From assembly GCF_009914755.1 (NCBI RefSeq), contig NC_060927.1: DNA of 64,000 nucleotides; one strand, written 5' to 3'. The DNA comes from the human T2T-CHM13v2.0 reference genome, Homo sapiens. Shown piece after piece: positions 13,818 to 28,917 of the stretch (position 1 is its first letter; each line of letters begins with the position of its first letter). The notes below the pieces were generated by a model. The model worked only from the letters and a program-made list of their open reading frames with translations, did not search any database and had not been told where the DNA came from. The position numbers were made by a program, and so were the translations under genes.

Positions 13818-14690
13818 TTTTTTTTTTGTTTCAACTTTTATTTTAGATTCAGGGGGTATATAGGCAAGTTTGTTACCTGAGTATATTGTATGATGCTGAG
13901 GTTTGGAGTACAAATGATCCTGTCATCCAGGTACTGAGAATAGTACTCAACAGTTAGCTTTTCAACCCTTGCTTCCCTCCCTCACTCACTCCTCCAGTAG
14001 TCCCCAGTATCAATTGTTGCCATCTTTATGTCTATGAGTACCCAACATTTAGCTCCCACTTACAAGTAAGAACATTTGGTTTTCTGTTCCTGCATTAATG
14101 CACTTAGGATAATGGCCTCCAGTTGCATCCATGTTGCCACAAAGGACATGCTTTTGTTCTTTTTTTATGACTGTATTGTATTCCATGGTATATATGTACC
14201 ACATTTTCTATATCCAATCCACCATTCATAGGCACCTAGGTTGATTCCATGTCTTTGCTATTGTGAATAGTGCTGCATGAACATATACATGCATGTGTCT
14301 TTTTGATAAAATGATTTGTTTTCTTTTGCATATATCCTCAGTAATGTGATTGCTAGGTTGAATAGTAGTCCTGTTTTAAGTTCTTTGAGAAATCTCCAAA
14401 CTGCTTTCCACAGTGGCTGACCTAATTTACATTCTCGACAACAGTTTATAAGCATCCTTTTTCCCCACAGCCTCACCAACATGTGTTGTTTTTAGACTTT
14501 TTAATAATAGCCATTCTGACAGTGTGAGATGGTATCTCACTGTGGTTTTGATTTGCATTTCTCTGATGATTAGTGATGATGAGCATTTTCTCATATGTTT
14601 GTTGGCCACTTGTATGTCTTCTTTTGGGAAGTGTCTGTTCATATCTTTTGCCCATCTTTTAATAGAGTTACTTGTTTTTTGCCTGTTCAA
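13818..14690 (-). mobile_element. 5'-truncated older primate L1 (L1PA16/L1PB-like) inserted in a MIR
   Basis: Poly-T, L1 3' UTR and ORF2 C-terminal remnants ([16 protein letters not shown] in the ORF track); MIR sequence on both sides. Confidence 0.85.
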
Positions 14691-14736
14691 AAAATTTTGA
14701 GTAATGTCTATAAATTGCCTAGAAAATTGACTGACA

Positions 14737-15072
<336 letters not shown>

Positions 15073-15359
15073 CTAATGAAATAATAGCTGCTATTGAATT
15101 TATCATTCATGTCAGTAGCAGCAGCAGCAGCACCATCATCACCATTACCATCACCTTGTCTAGATTCTTAAGGCCTGGAACCCAGGGTTGGAAGAAACTG
15201 TTGTCCTTTTGCCTCATACATCAGCAAAGCGTGCATAGGGCTCTTAGGAATTGGGCAGGAGGAATCCAAATTTGTGCACCATTACTGTCTTCTAGCTGAT
15301 GCCACCGTTTTTTGTCAGTCATTTATACTAAAATATACTAACTTAGATAGGTACAGAAT

Positions 15360-15545
15360 TTAAGAGGTTACACAAGCACTTAGCACACATGCTATCTGAT
15401 CTTCACAAACAACCTGAGAGTAGTTATTTAATTCAGAGAAGTTAGTGGACTTGCCCAAAGTCACATTGCCAGTCCTCACAGTCATCTGAAGAGCCAGACT
15501 TGAATCCAGGTATTTTGATTCCAAACCTAGTGCTTTCTTCTCTAC
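15360..15545 (-). mobile_element. MIR
   Basis: cagagaagttagtggacttgcccaaagtcaca...gacttgaatccagg core. Confidence 0.7.
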
Positions 15546-16538
15546 TCCTCGTCTATACTTCTGTTTTCATTATACCACCTTGCCAAGGAAACAAACACTC
15601 ACCAGACACACTGTAGAGTAAAATAGACCTGACATCCTTTAGAGTTCTTCTTGGATCCTGGAATGTGGTTCTTATTGTCTCTACTTACAAACCTCACATT
15701 TACAGAAGCAGGCTGTATTTTTTTAACACCTTCCTTATTAGCAATAATTGGTCCCTTCTGCTGTATGTTTGTTTGATTTTTAATACACACAGTTCAAGAT
15801 TAACTCAAATCTGTTCAACACCAATCTTTCTAAAAACCAACTTTCCAAATATCCACTTGTAACACAGAAAACTGCAGATCGTCTTTCCTGCTTCCAAAAT
15901 ACAGTCACTTTCATAAATGTTGTCCATTCATTCTAGCACTGAGTGTTCATAAAGCACCTACTCATTGCTAGGCACTATGTGAGGCAATGGGCACACAGGT
16001 GTGGTGTCTTAAGTAAGACAGGTGTGGTGCTTTCCATCCTGGAAGTGTGAGGGAGTCTGGCAATAAAAAAATCAACAAATAAAAGAAAATAGCCACAGGT
16101 TAGAGTAAGTGCCATTGCAAAGCCTCAACAGGTAAAATGATGAAGTAGTCACTCACATTTTCTTCAGGGGCTGGAGAAGCCCAGGGAATGACTCCAGACA
16201 GGGTGGTCCAAGGTCCACTTCTCACTCTTCAGATAAAAACACAAACAAGCATATCTTGACACAGAAAATCTAATGTGAAAATCCGGTAAGTGGAAATATG
16301 AGTTGACAGAATGGGTGATTTAGAAACGGATTATCTACTTTAACATGAGAATTCGATACAGGATTTTTCTTGAGCACTTTCCTAATACAAATACATTTTA
16401 TATTTATATCCCTATTAAATATATACTATATTTAATATAAATATAAAAGTTGGATGCCATTTATAAAAATTCAATTAATAACAAAATGAAACAGCTACTG
16501 CCAAAAACTTGCATATACAGACGTTAAAAGAAATACGG

Positions 16539-17042
<504 letters not shown>

Positions 17043-17182
17043 TCATCCACATTTTACAACAAAGGAAACCCAATTTCAGTGAGGTGAGATTATTTGTCCA
17101 AGATCTCTCAGCTGGTAAGTGACAAAACCACAACATAAAAATCTGATCTATATCCAGTAACTATATCCCATCCATTCTATAA

Positions 17183-17508
17183 AGCAAGAATTGGCACACC
17201 ACAGCCCACAGGGCCAGACTTGGACAGCAGCCTCTTGATACCACCACAAATTAAGAATGATTTTTACATTTTAAAAGCACTGAAAAAATTCAAAAGAATT
17301 ATGTTTCATGACACATGAAAGTTTTATAAAACTCAGATTTCCATACCAATAAATAAAATGCCATTGGTACACAGCCACATTTACCTACTGTCTAGAGCTG
17401 CTTTCAAATTGCAAGATGGTGTTGAGCAGTTGTGAAAGAATCAGTAGGGTCCCAAGGCCTAAAATACTTACTGTCTGGCCCTTTACAAAAGAAGTTTGCT
17501 AACCCCTG
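17183..17508. mobile_element. MER58-family hAT MITE
   Basis: Ends ...ctggccctttacaaaagaagtttgctaacccctg; degenerate TIR caagaattggca at the start. Confidence 0.7.
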
Positions 17509-18886
17509 AGGTAGAGAAAAGGATCCATAGAAATAAAAGTAACAAACACTCTCAGAAATGTGACTTCAAAAATGAGTGACAAAAGTATGCAAAAAATGGC
17601 TATAAAATGCACCTGAAAGAATTTAACCTAATGGCAGTTGCCTGAGGCACAACTTTCTCAATTTCACCTGAAGGTTTCATTTTTCTGGCCCTGTGTCCCA
17701 GTGAGGAAGACCCAAGTCAACCTTGTGACAGGGATTTATCACGTCTTAACTTGAGCAATGCTGTGTTCCCACCAGCACTCTCAGAATGGAGGCCACACAA
17801 TGTCTCCACTCCTGCATTCACTGGCTCAACTTGGTTTCTGAAGAATGCGAATTTAGTTCAAGGCACGGTTTCAAGCTGTTTTTGTTGATTTCCCACTATA
17901 TTGTCTTCTCTAAATATTTTCTGGTTCAAGTGCATACGCTCAATTATGAAAATGAATTCTTACAAACAACCTGATCTGGGCGGATAGTTAACTCACACCA
18001 TGAAGCTCAAATTTGCCAGTACAGGGAAAGGTATTTCTTTTTCTTTTCAGTCTTCAGGCTACAAGGTTGAAAGCCAGAAGCTATGTGTTATAAAATGTCC
18101 CTAGTTTTTCCCATGTTTTGTAGCACACATATTGATCTCTATGTCTTTGCCATTTACTTGTGTGTGGTCATCCCCAATTAGTGGGTTATTTTGTACTTTT
18201 CAAAGTTAAATTCTAAGTCAATACTTAGGGCGTACACCTAAGTCAAAGATGGCCTCCACCTTGAAGGAAAAAAATTATTACATTTCAACGAAAACCTACA
18301 CATCATCTATAAACACACTCTTTCCAGCTGTCTGACTCTAGCCTTGTACAATGTCTTTGAGCTATTTTGCACCACTTCGTAAGTTGTAGATAACTGATAG
18401 ATATATATAAATTCTGTCTTACAGGCTGTGATTTTAATTGACTTCCTACTGTGGAGAAAACAGTTTTATCTCAATTTGCAACTCATCTTAACTCTCTTTT
18501 AGTCCATATAAATTTGTGCCATTTTGACTTTTCCTTTGAGCCAGTTATAACATCTGCCTGGTTCTCTCAAATCATATAAGTAAAATAAAATCTTTAGCAT
18601 GTGTTCATTTTTATACCTATATGAGTCATAACTTTACCTTTTACTGAAAATTATATTTTAATGACCCAAAAGATTAGTAAGAATTCAGATTTATTTCAAA
18701 ATCTATCTTTAAAAACTTTAAATTTTGAGTGATTTCACCTTTAATATGAATTTAGTTGGAAGTAATATTAAGTTAGTTTAAATCATATAGAAAAATGAAA
18801 TGTGATGAGAAGTGAACTTCTTTGTTCCCTTTTATTGCTTTTAAAATGATACAAGACAAAAATTGTGCAGAGGGGCAAGAAACAAA

Positions 18887-19331
18887 TGTTAAACAAAAAT
18901 TATTCTGACATGTGTTAAAATGGTAAGGAAGACTTTATTAAGGACTATTGCAATAGCAGTATTGCAACAGGGGAGAGAGATCAGGTTCAACTCCAAATAC
19001 AACAAAGATAGATAGTCAGGGATTTATAGCCAGTGTTAGAGCAGATAAGGGGTTCAGTGGGTAGAAAACTACTAAGAGGAGTAAGGGAATTCTTGCTAAA
19101 TTAATTCCTAACAGGATTCTTGCTAAAGGCAGGCCAATGACTTAGACATCAAGGGTGGGGTGAGAAACTTGATTAGACATCACGGTGACCAGCTATCACT
19201 TAAAAAGATTATTGCTAAAGCCAGGCTAGAAAGATCAAATACAGGAATGAGGTCTGGGGCCAAGGTCGCTAGTTGAGAAAAGGGCTCAGAGGAGTATAAT
19301 TAAAGTTTGGGCAAGGAGAAAATCTTCATCA
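18887..19331 (-). mobile_element. Solo LTR, MER31-like
   Basis: tgttaaacaaaaattattctgaca...aagactttatt (reverse AATAAA)...ttcatca; TG/CA termini. Confidence 0.7.
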
Positions 19332-19557
19332 TAGGTAATAGCAAATTTATAAAAGGACAATTCAATTCAATAAATCTTGTCCTCAAGGAATTTACAATCC
19401 ACTGAAAAGAGATAATTAAGTCACCACAACCTGGTCAAATTACCTTGGTTTTACTTTGCAATTAAATTTTATTCCCATATGAATCTATATGTAAATAATC
19501 TCTTTAAAGAAAACAAATAAAATGAGAAGTTAAAGTTATTTCTATCTCTGTAATCTT

Positions 19558-20633
19558 TATTTTAACCTTTATTTTAACTTCAGGGGTACATATGCAGGCT
19601 TGTTACAGAGGTAAACATGTGTCATGAGGGTTTGTTGTACAGATTATTTCATTACCCACATGTTAAACCTAGTACCCATTAGTTATTTTTCCTGATCCTC
19701 TCCCTCCTCTCTCCCACCCTCCAATAGGCCCTAGTGTGTGTTGTTCCCCTCTATGTGTCCATGTGTTCTCATCATTTTGCTCCCACTTATAAATGAGAAT
19801 ATGCAGCATTTGGTTTTCTGTTCATGTGTTAGTTTGCTAAGGATAATGGCCTCCATCTCCATCCGTGTTCCTGCAAAGGACATGATCTTGTTCTTTTTTT
19901 GGCTGCATAGTATTTAATGGTGTATATGTACCACCTTTTCTTTACCCAGTCTATCATTGATAGGCATTTAGGTTGATTCCATATCTTTGCTATTGTGAAT
20001 AGTGTTGCAATGAACATATGCATGCATGTGTGTTTATAACACAATGATTTATACTCCTTCAGGTATATAGCCAAGATTTTTCCATAATCCCACTGGTATT
20101 AGATACCCAAAAAAATCCCATTGGTATTATATACCCAAAAAATACCAATGGGATTATCAGATTACTGGACCAAATGATATTTCTGTCTTTAGGTCTTTGA
20201 GGAATCACTACACTATCTTCCATAATGGTTGAACTAATTTACACTCCCACCAAAGGTGTATAAACATTCTTTTTTCTCCACAACCTCACTAGCGTCTGTT
20301 ACTTTTTTAGCTTGTTAATAGTAGCCATTCTGACTGGTGTGAGATGGTATCTCATTGCGGTGTTGATTTGCATTTCTCTAATGATCAGTGATGTTGAGCT
20401 TTTTTGCACACGATTTTTGGCCGCATGTATGTCTTCTTTTGAAAAGTGTCTATCAAGTCCTTTGCCCACTTTTTTATGGGGTTCATTTTTTCCTTGTAAA
20501 TTTGTTAAGTTCCTTATAGATGCTGGATATTAGACTTCTGTCAAATGCATAGTTCGCAAAAATGTTCTTCCATTCTATAGGTTGTCTGTTTAGTCTGCTG
20601 ATAGTTCCTTTTGTTATGCAGAAGCTCTTTCAT
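19558..20633 (-). mobile_element. 5'-truncated older L1PA (about PA13-16)
   Basis: Reverse L1 3' UTR and ORF2 end; TSD TATCTCT(G/A)TAATCTT at 19543-19557 and 20634-20648. Confidence 0.88.
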
Positions 20634-21369
20634 TATCTCTATAATCTTAATTTATAGACTAAAATATTAATTTGAAAATATACCAACTAAAGTGTATCAC
20701 ACACCTAAATCAAGGATTTTATAAAATACACTAAAACAGAAACTAAACATAGACTATTTATTCAACTTTCATATAAGCAAAAGACACCACTATTGGCCAC
20801 CAACCTCACTACTCCCAGCCTGTGAAACAGGATGATTATGGGTATTTGTGAAATCTAAACATCACCACTCACTACATTAAAATGAAATGGCAACAAATTT
20901 CCACAAGTCTTTTTACTCAAAGTGTGGTGGCCCAACCCAGCAATCTGGGCATCACCTGGCACTTGTTATAAATGCAGACCCTCAGGCCCCACCTGCTGAA
21001 TCTACATTGTACCAAGATCCCCAGAAAATTCTTATGTACATGAAAGTTTGAAAACCATGGATCCAGAAGTGTGTGAAAACATAACTACTGCCAGAATTTT
21101 TAGCATATTCCCTTATTCATCTCTTTTTTATGAAACTAAACGTAGTGGTTTTGCTGATAGAGATGGACGGGGGAAAAGAAATTTTGTTGTGACCAAAGTT
21201 GCTGCATTTTTTGCCTAGGGGTGGACCTAAAGTTTCATGTCAATCATTTTGTTTTGTGAGCAAAATCAAAGTCATGGGGAAAAAGGAGAGGGTGCAGAAA
21301 GAAGAAAATTGTGAATACATAGAATTTTATCACTGGAAGACAGAAAACAATCTCAATTATATATATAGT

Positions 21370-21745
21370 ATATGTACTCAATACAGTAATGGTTAAATAA
21401 ACCATGACACAACTATGCAAGAGCATATATAAAGACATTAAAAATAACAAGGTCATTTTTCATGTACCAAGATGCAGTGATCTCTAATGTAAACTTAGCT
21501 TAAAATATGCAAGGGGAAAAATGCAAGGGCAGCACAGCATATATAATGACTTATTATTCATGTAAGGAAAAGGACATAAGTGTGCATATGCATAGAACAT
21601 CTCTGGAATGACACACAAGAAAGACACACAATGGTTACTGCCCAGAGGGGAGCTGAGGCACGAGGGACAGAAATGGAAGGAGACTGACATCCCACTGTGC
21701 ATCTTTTAACATCTTTTGAATTATGTGATAGTATTATCCAATTAA
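21370..21745 (+). mobile_element. Ancient L1M (ME-like) 3' fragment
   Basis: tctctggaatgacacacaagaaa...atggttactgcc...cttttgaattatgtgatagtatta pattern. Confidence 0.55.
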
Positions 21746-24670
21746 AACAATATTTTAATCTAAGCATTGAAGAATTCCTAAAAAGTAGATAAAATACAGT
21801 TACTAAGATAATAAAGGAATCCCTTCTTCATTTTCCCTCATAGATGGTTATGTGACTATGTCCAAACACTTTCTGTGAGTTACAGATCTGAGAAGTTGTG
21901 TCTAAAATTCACTGACACTGGAGCTTAAATCCACGTGCCTAGAATGCTCCTCACTGCCCCCACACAACCCCTGAGAGCCCCCACTGATGCCAGTTCTCTC
22001 TGCAACACAAACTAAGCCTCTTCCTGTCTCAGCTGTGAACACATTTGCAGAAGGCTATTGTGGTTTTCCTTAGTCAGGGGTCAGAATGGCCAGCAGGGGC
22101 AGGCAGGTATCCTAAACGAGTAAAGCAGGCCTAGCCAAAACAAAGTGAGCCTTTACCCCTCCACCTGCAATGAAACAGGGCAGCAACTATTCTGCTCCAA
22201 GGAAATACTACCATGGAGGAGACAGGGCCAGATGTTGCCATGTCTTCCCAGGGATGTCAGAAGCTGCTAAATTTATTTTAAATACCTTGATTTAAAAATG
22301 TTAATATTTTAATTTTTTAAAAACAGTTTACAGACCAAATAAAATACATGTGCAGCTAGATGTAACCTAGAAGTTCATAATCCATCCTGTCATCTTTCGT
22401 GTGTGGAACCATGAACATTTCTCTTTTTGTTATTTTCTCATTGGAGCTGCTGAAAAGAAAAAAAAAAATCTCTTTTTAAAAAACTCAAACAGCTATATTT
22501 TGGAGATTCGACAATTTACTAATCTATCACTCCAAAATGTGCTGTATAATTTATTTGACAGTCACTGTGCTTGCCTAAGAACTAAAAATAACCTCATTGT
22601 ATGTGTGTGTGTTGTTTCTAAAGACCTGTGGTATTTATTATTGTTAGAATGCTTTCGATGTCTTTGGTGGTATGAACTGTGAGGTATCTCTGAAGGATAG
22701 CATTTCACTGTATTTCACAGAATATACATATACAGTCCATCAAAACTCTGGGGGTTATTTGCAAAACATAGTTCTCATTTTCCAACAAGCTTTCAGCGGA
22801 AGAAAGTTTCATAGAAAAAAATACAAATTTCCTACCACTCTACTTTGTGAGAACCTAAAGAGACTGTTAGGTTATAAAAAAGAAAATTGAGGGATAAATT
22901 TAACACTTAAAAGTGACTCTTCTAGCAGGAGGTTTGGGCACCCAGCCAGATTAAGGAGAAGTAGCTTTATACACACATCTTAACAGCAGTCTGAATATCA
23001 AATCTTCACTACTCTTTGCTTAAAGCCCAGTACCTACTGAGTCATCCCAGCCAGCATGTCCCTTCTAACTTGTCATCCTGTTTGTTATCACTCTATGCCC
23101 TCTGCAGTACTCTGGACTTTGAATGTGAGATTACTTTATTTAAGTGAACTGCAATTGAAAAAAGAACTCTTTTGATTGAATCTTGACCTGCAGTAATTGG
23201 GAACTTATGTAAGGACCCCATGATACTCATATTAAGGGGAGTGTGGGAGGATCCCACTACTAAAGCCTGGCTGCAGAAGAGGGATAATGGAAACTGCAGG
23301 TGTTAGAAAGGTACCAACATACATCTTCCCCCTATAGTACATGGACTCAGTTTTTACATATGGCTATGCTTTCTATTCTGCTTAAGTAACATAAAAACTG
23401 ATTAGGAAACTCAAGATCTTGCACTACATATAAAATCTGCATCCATTGCTTATGGTCTAAAGTAAATGCAACAACTGACAATTCTTACAGAGTCTCAAAA
23501 CCAAGAACCACCATGATAAAACAATTATACTGCAATGCTGAGGAAAGAGACATTTAATTACAGATATAATTTATGTGAGTAAGCATAATCATTTTAAATT
23601 TCTAAATAAATAGGCATGTCATTAAATATAAAGCATCAGGAAAGGATTTCAAAATCTGTATGGTTCATCTGCGTTGGCAAATTTGATCTATTCAGAGTTT
23701 ACTCTGGGCGGGGGGGACCTCATGATTCCATCTTTATGGCCCAACTGTTGATTAACTTCCAAATGAAAATGCTTGATTCAGCATGTATTTTCTGTAAGAA
23801 AGGTATTTTTCACATGCTATAGCCAGGCCAATCTGTGTCTTCAATTGTTGTTAAGACACTAGTATATCTTTAAATCTTTTCCACTTATTAATTTCAGCAG
23901 ATTATTTGTACACATTTCTCAGGCTATTCTGATATTTCAAATGCCTTGAAAATGTTGTAGCTACATAAATTAAATGGGCAATTAAGATGTCACCATGCAA
24001 TTCTATACAATACATACTTGCAATGGGATACTTGTGAGGGTACCATTATCCAAACTGTCCTATTCATCAGCCTTTCTAGAACTTTAGAGATGGGAGTCAG
24101 TCAGCTGGGTTCCAGTCATGGTGAATGGCATGCAATGATCTCGAGGAAACCACAAAGCACATCTTCCTATGTTTGCATTTCCTCATCTATTAAATGAAGA
24201 GAAGACCTGGATCCTAACAGGACGTCTGCGAAACCCTCACGAAAGGTTAAGAAAAGAATAAAGAACATGACAAAGGTAAGGTTTACATGCTCTTATTGTG
24301 GCAGAAGGGAAAAAAAAGCAGAAATGCATATAAATACCTCACAGTTTGTCACACAAAGCACACATTTAAAAAACAATAACAAAAAACAACAAAAATAAGC
24401 AACCAAAAATAATTAACAGTAGTTCAAGTAATTTAAACCTGTATTCTCTCCTGAAGAAATACCAGATAGGTAAAATATACTCCCGAGCCACCACAAACTC
24501 TCCTAAAATCCCTTTGTCCATTTCTGCCACTTTCAACATCCATCTTCCACCCAGATGCCAGCTTGACCACCTCCCCCATCAAAGTCACCAGACTGAGCTC
24601 TAGGAAAGTCTTCATTAAATAGTGAACACATGACATATACTATCAACTCAGCTTGACCTTACAACATAGG

Positions 24671-25096
24671 TGCTATGGTTTGAATGATGGTGTCCCTTCC
24701 AAACTTAAATTTAATTAATTAATAATTAATTAAATTGTTGAAACTTAAGCCCCAGTGCAACAGTATTGGGAGATGTGGCCCTTGGGTAGCGATTAAGTCA
24801 TGAGGGCGAGGCTCTCATGACTGGGATTAGCACCCTTATAAAAGGGCTTGAGGTCAAAAGGAGTACTCTCTTGCCCATGTGTCCCTCCTGCCATGTGAGG
24901 ACATGGTGTACTTCCCTCCAGAGGATGCAGCAACAAAGCACCATCTTGGAATTAGAGAGCAGCCCTCAACAGACACCAGTCCTACTGGTGCATTGATCTT
25001 GGACTTCTCAGCCTCCAGAACTGTGACAAATTTCTGTGGTTTACAAATGACCAAGTCTGTGATATTTTGCTACAGCAGCACAAACAGCTTAAGACA
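24671..25096 (+). mobile_element. MaLR solo LTR (MST family)
   Basis: TGCTATGGTTTGAATG start; ttgatcttggacttctcagcctccagaactgtga; ends TAAGACA. Confidence 0.85.
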
Positions 25097-26078
25097 ATGG
25101 ATAACTAATCTAAGTTCCAAAACTAGTGGGCTTTTGACATGCCTTGGAAGTAGACAGATAAAGCAGTAGCCAAGATCTTTTCTCATCTTTGCATAAGCAA
25201 ATCGTAATTGACAAACATCAGTATCTCAGAGCATTCAACAAAGTGGCAATAAGTAAATAGATAACTGATGAACATACAGAATCGAAAGGCTGACGTGGGT
25301 TTCAGGTTTCTCTGGGTTGTGGGGCATCCCATGGCCAAGTACTGAAACTCTTCCTTGAATAACTATCTCCAGAGTTTGAGCCATTGAGGCTCTTGGTGAC
25401 AAAGACAACTGATATGCTTGGATCCATCAAATAACATATCAGCAATTCATGCCCCACTGATAGTAGAAAAGTGCTGCAATCATTTTATTCTGAAGAGAGC
25501 ATAAAGATTTACACCACATGTCAAGGCTAGATGTTGTTCTGCCACCAGGAAACTTGCTGTGTGAGACACACAAAAAATTAAACACCTCAAGAAATACAGC
25601 TTTCTGGAAAACATCAATACCTCTTCTTTTTATTGTTACATTTTTCTAATGAATCTTTCACTGCAACAACTTATGCAGAGAAGTTATGTATCCTGGAATT
25701 ATTCTACTTTTTGATAACCATTTTTAAAGCTTTATACTTTATAAAGCTTTTTTTATTCTCCCAATTCACTTAAGAATTTGCAATATCCACCTCGAGGTTA
25801 ACCTGAAACTCAATTTCACAGCTAATTCCAACTAAACGTCTTCTCCAGCTTTCCAGATGCCATCTAACCAGTTATATTCTCACTGATTCAGCAGCATATT
25901 CAAAGAGACAGAGAAGAACTGACATGATGCTGATGAAGCTTAAACTTCAGGGTCCCTGTTGCATGGGCCCTCAGAGTGCCAAGAGTCCTTGGGAGTCCGT
26001 GTTCTAGCTGAGAGGAAACATGAAGAGGCATTTCTCTGTAAGCATTTGTGGCAAAGAGATCTTGAAAGAAAGGGAACC

Positions 26079-26408
<330 letters not shown>

Positions 26409-27339
26409 TCATTTTGAAATAAATACTCACCTTTGCATCTAATTTTGTATTCATAATCTTTTCCTCTTTTTCTTAAAGAGGACCTCCCAAATTGTATGAG
26501 CTTCCAACTCCACTAAACCTGAGTCTGCCTGATACAAGGGAAGGCATGTAAAAATACTTCTTAGTTTATACTCTCCACTGCGCAAGTTTTCAATCTATAA
26601 AAAAACTCCTGATCTTTAAAAATAAAAAATAAAGGTTGGGGAGAGGGTAGTAAAAAGTTACTTTAAATGTATATTTTTAAGAATGCTGATTTCATTATGT
26701 ATTTTCCAATACCAAAATATAAAATAAAATAGAACCTGCAGAACTTTTGGCTCTCTGACATTTCTCCCCAGTGACTTAAAACTTTCAGATGAATGGGACA
26801 TCTGGGTTCTGAGAAGAATGGTGTATTATTACTGCTCTCCACAATAGCAGGCCTAAATGGATTTTTCATGTTTAGACTAGTAAACATAAAAAGCAAACCT
26901 ATCTCACATGACTGATACGTTTGCCTTTAACAAAACAACCCCGGCCAAAAATTATTAGAAAACAGATCAGCAGCCCCACTGGACTCTGAAGCAATGTAAT
27001 TAGGTAGTCCAACACTACATTTTGTCAAAAAATTCTGACAACCTAATAACCAGATTGTCATCAGATAGACATTAAAAAATGATACCAGGTTTGCTCCAGC
27101 ATTAAAATACCACCACTTTCTGGGTTTTTTTTCCTTCTGTAAAAATAAAAATTAAAAATCTATCAGTGATGCATCCCATTGGTCTGGATGGTGTTTAAAT
27201 GAGTCTGTGCCACTTGAAGGATGGCAAAGGAAGTTTTGTTTTGATTTAAAGTTTAAGAAAGAATTCTTCTTAGGACCACCTGCTTAACGTTAATCACGAA
27301 ATCCCTATGTGTTAAGAGGGGTAATTATAAAATGGAATG

Positions 27340-27560
27340 ATAATAACAATAGTAACCGGCAGTTATTGAGTGTTTAGATTGTGCCAGGCACTGGGTTTCA
27401 TTCTGTTGAATGAAACCATTACTGGACTCCCAACAACCTTGATGAGAGGTGCTACTCTCACCCTCATTTTCAGAGGTGGAAGGGAGGCTTATCAAGGCTA
27501 AAGAATCCACTTGCACACCCAACAGAGGCCACCTCATGCTCTTAACCTCTGCAATGTGTT
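27340..27560 (-). mobile_element. MIR
   Basis: ttattgagtg...tgtgccaggcactg...ctcattttcagaggtggaa. Confidence 0.6.
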
Positions 27561-28182
27561 GCTGAGAAGGTGGTTAGTTTGGATTTGACAGGGTGAGGTG
27601 GTGGGCATTGGGGATAAGAGGTGTTATTTTCAAGAAAACCATTACGTATGTGGCCTTCCAGAATATAGTAATCTAGTATGTAGTCTGGCCTGTAAGCCAA
27701 ATTTTATGTATAGTGTGACACTGAAGAAAAAAACGTTGTAATTATAGGTTATTCACACAGTTAATGCAATTAAATAGAAAAAGGTAGAAACCTTAAGATA
27801 TAGCCTTAGGTTCAAATATACTCTAGCCTCCATTTAATTAGTCAATTATAAAAAATTGTCCACTAACCTGTACAAGAATAAACCTCAGGGAGTACATTTC
27901 TAAGATGACCTTTGGAACCCTAGTATCTGAAAATCTTACCATTTTATCTATTAGGATATAAATGAGTTATCTGGTATAAATCACTGTCAAATTTGCACAA
28001 ACAAATGGTGTGGCTGACAGTCAGTAATAATTCAATGACACCAATTTTTTCCCCAACATGAAAACACCCCAGATTACTCAGTCAGCCATGCCATGGCTAG
28101 ATTTGCAAGGCACTATAAAGTTTCCAAAGTATTTGTCCACCACGTGATTTTGTTTGACATCCACAAGCCTACATTATTTCTT

Positions 28183-28491
28183 TTTCTTTTTCTTTTTTTT
28201 TTTTTTTTTTTTGAGACAGAGTCTCACTCTGTTGCCCAGGATGGAATGCAGCAGTGCGATCTTGGCTCACTGCAGCCTCTGCCTCCTTGTTCAAGCAATT
28301 CTCCTGTCTCAGCCTCCCAAGTAGCTGGGACTACACACATGTGCCACCATGCCTGGCTAATTTTTGTATTTTTAGTAGAGACGGGGTTTCACCATGTTGG
28401 CCAGAATGGTCTTGATCCCCTAACCTCGTTATCTGCCCACCTCGGCCTCCCGAAGTGCTGGGATTACAGGCATGAGCCACCATGCCCAGCC
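28183..28491 (-). mobile_element. AluS element
   Basis: Reverse Alu; perfect 18-bp TSD AAGCCTACATTATTTCTT at 28165-28182 and 28492-28509. Confidence 0.95.
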
Positions 28492-28611
28492 AAGCCTACA
28501 TTATTTCTTAAACACAAAAAGATCATTCCGAATTTCACAAACAATGTTGAGCAAAATATGCCACACACAAAGAAGCCCATACCGTATGATTCTATTTATT
28601 ATATAAAATTA

Positions 28612-28917
28612 GTCCAGGCACAGTGACCCACATCTGTAATCCCAACACTTTGGTGGCTAAGGTGAGAGGATTGCTCGAGGGCAGGGGTTCAAGACCAGCC
28701 TGGGCAACAATAATGAGACTCTGTCTCTTATAAAAAACTAAATTAACCAGGTGTGGTGGTGCATACCTGTGGCCCTAGCTACTTGGGAGGCTAAGACGGG
28801 AGGATCACCTGAGCCCAGGAAGTCAAGGCTGCTGTGAGCTATAATTGTGCCACTGCACTCCAGTCTGGGTGACAGAGCAAGACCCTATCTCAAAAAAAAA
28901 AAAAAAAAAAAAAAAAA
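28612..28917 (+). mobile_element. AluJ element inside an L1M 3' fragment (about 28520-29170)
   Basis: AluJ features (gaggattgct, gagcccaggaagtcaaggctgc, agaccctatctc) and poly-A. Confidence 0.9.
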
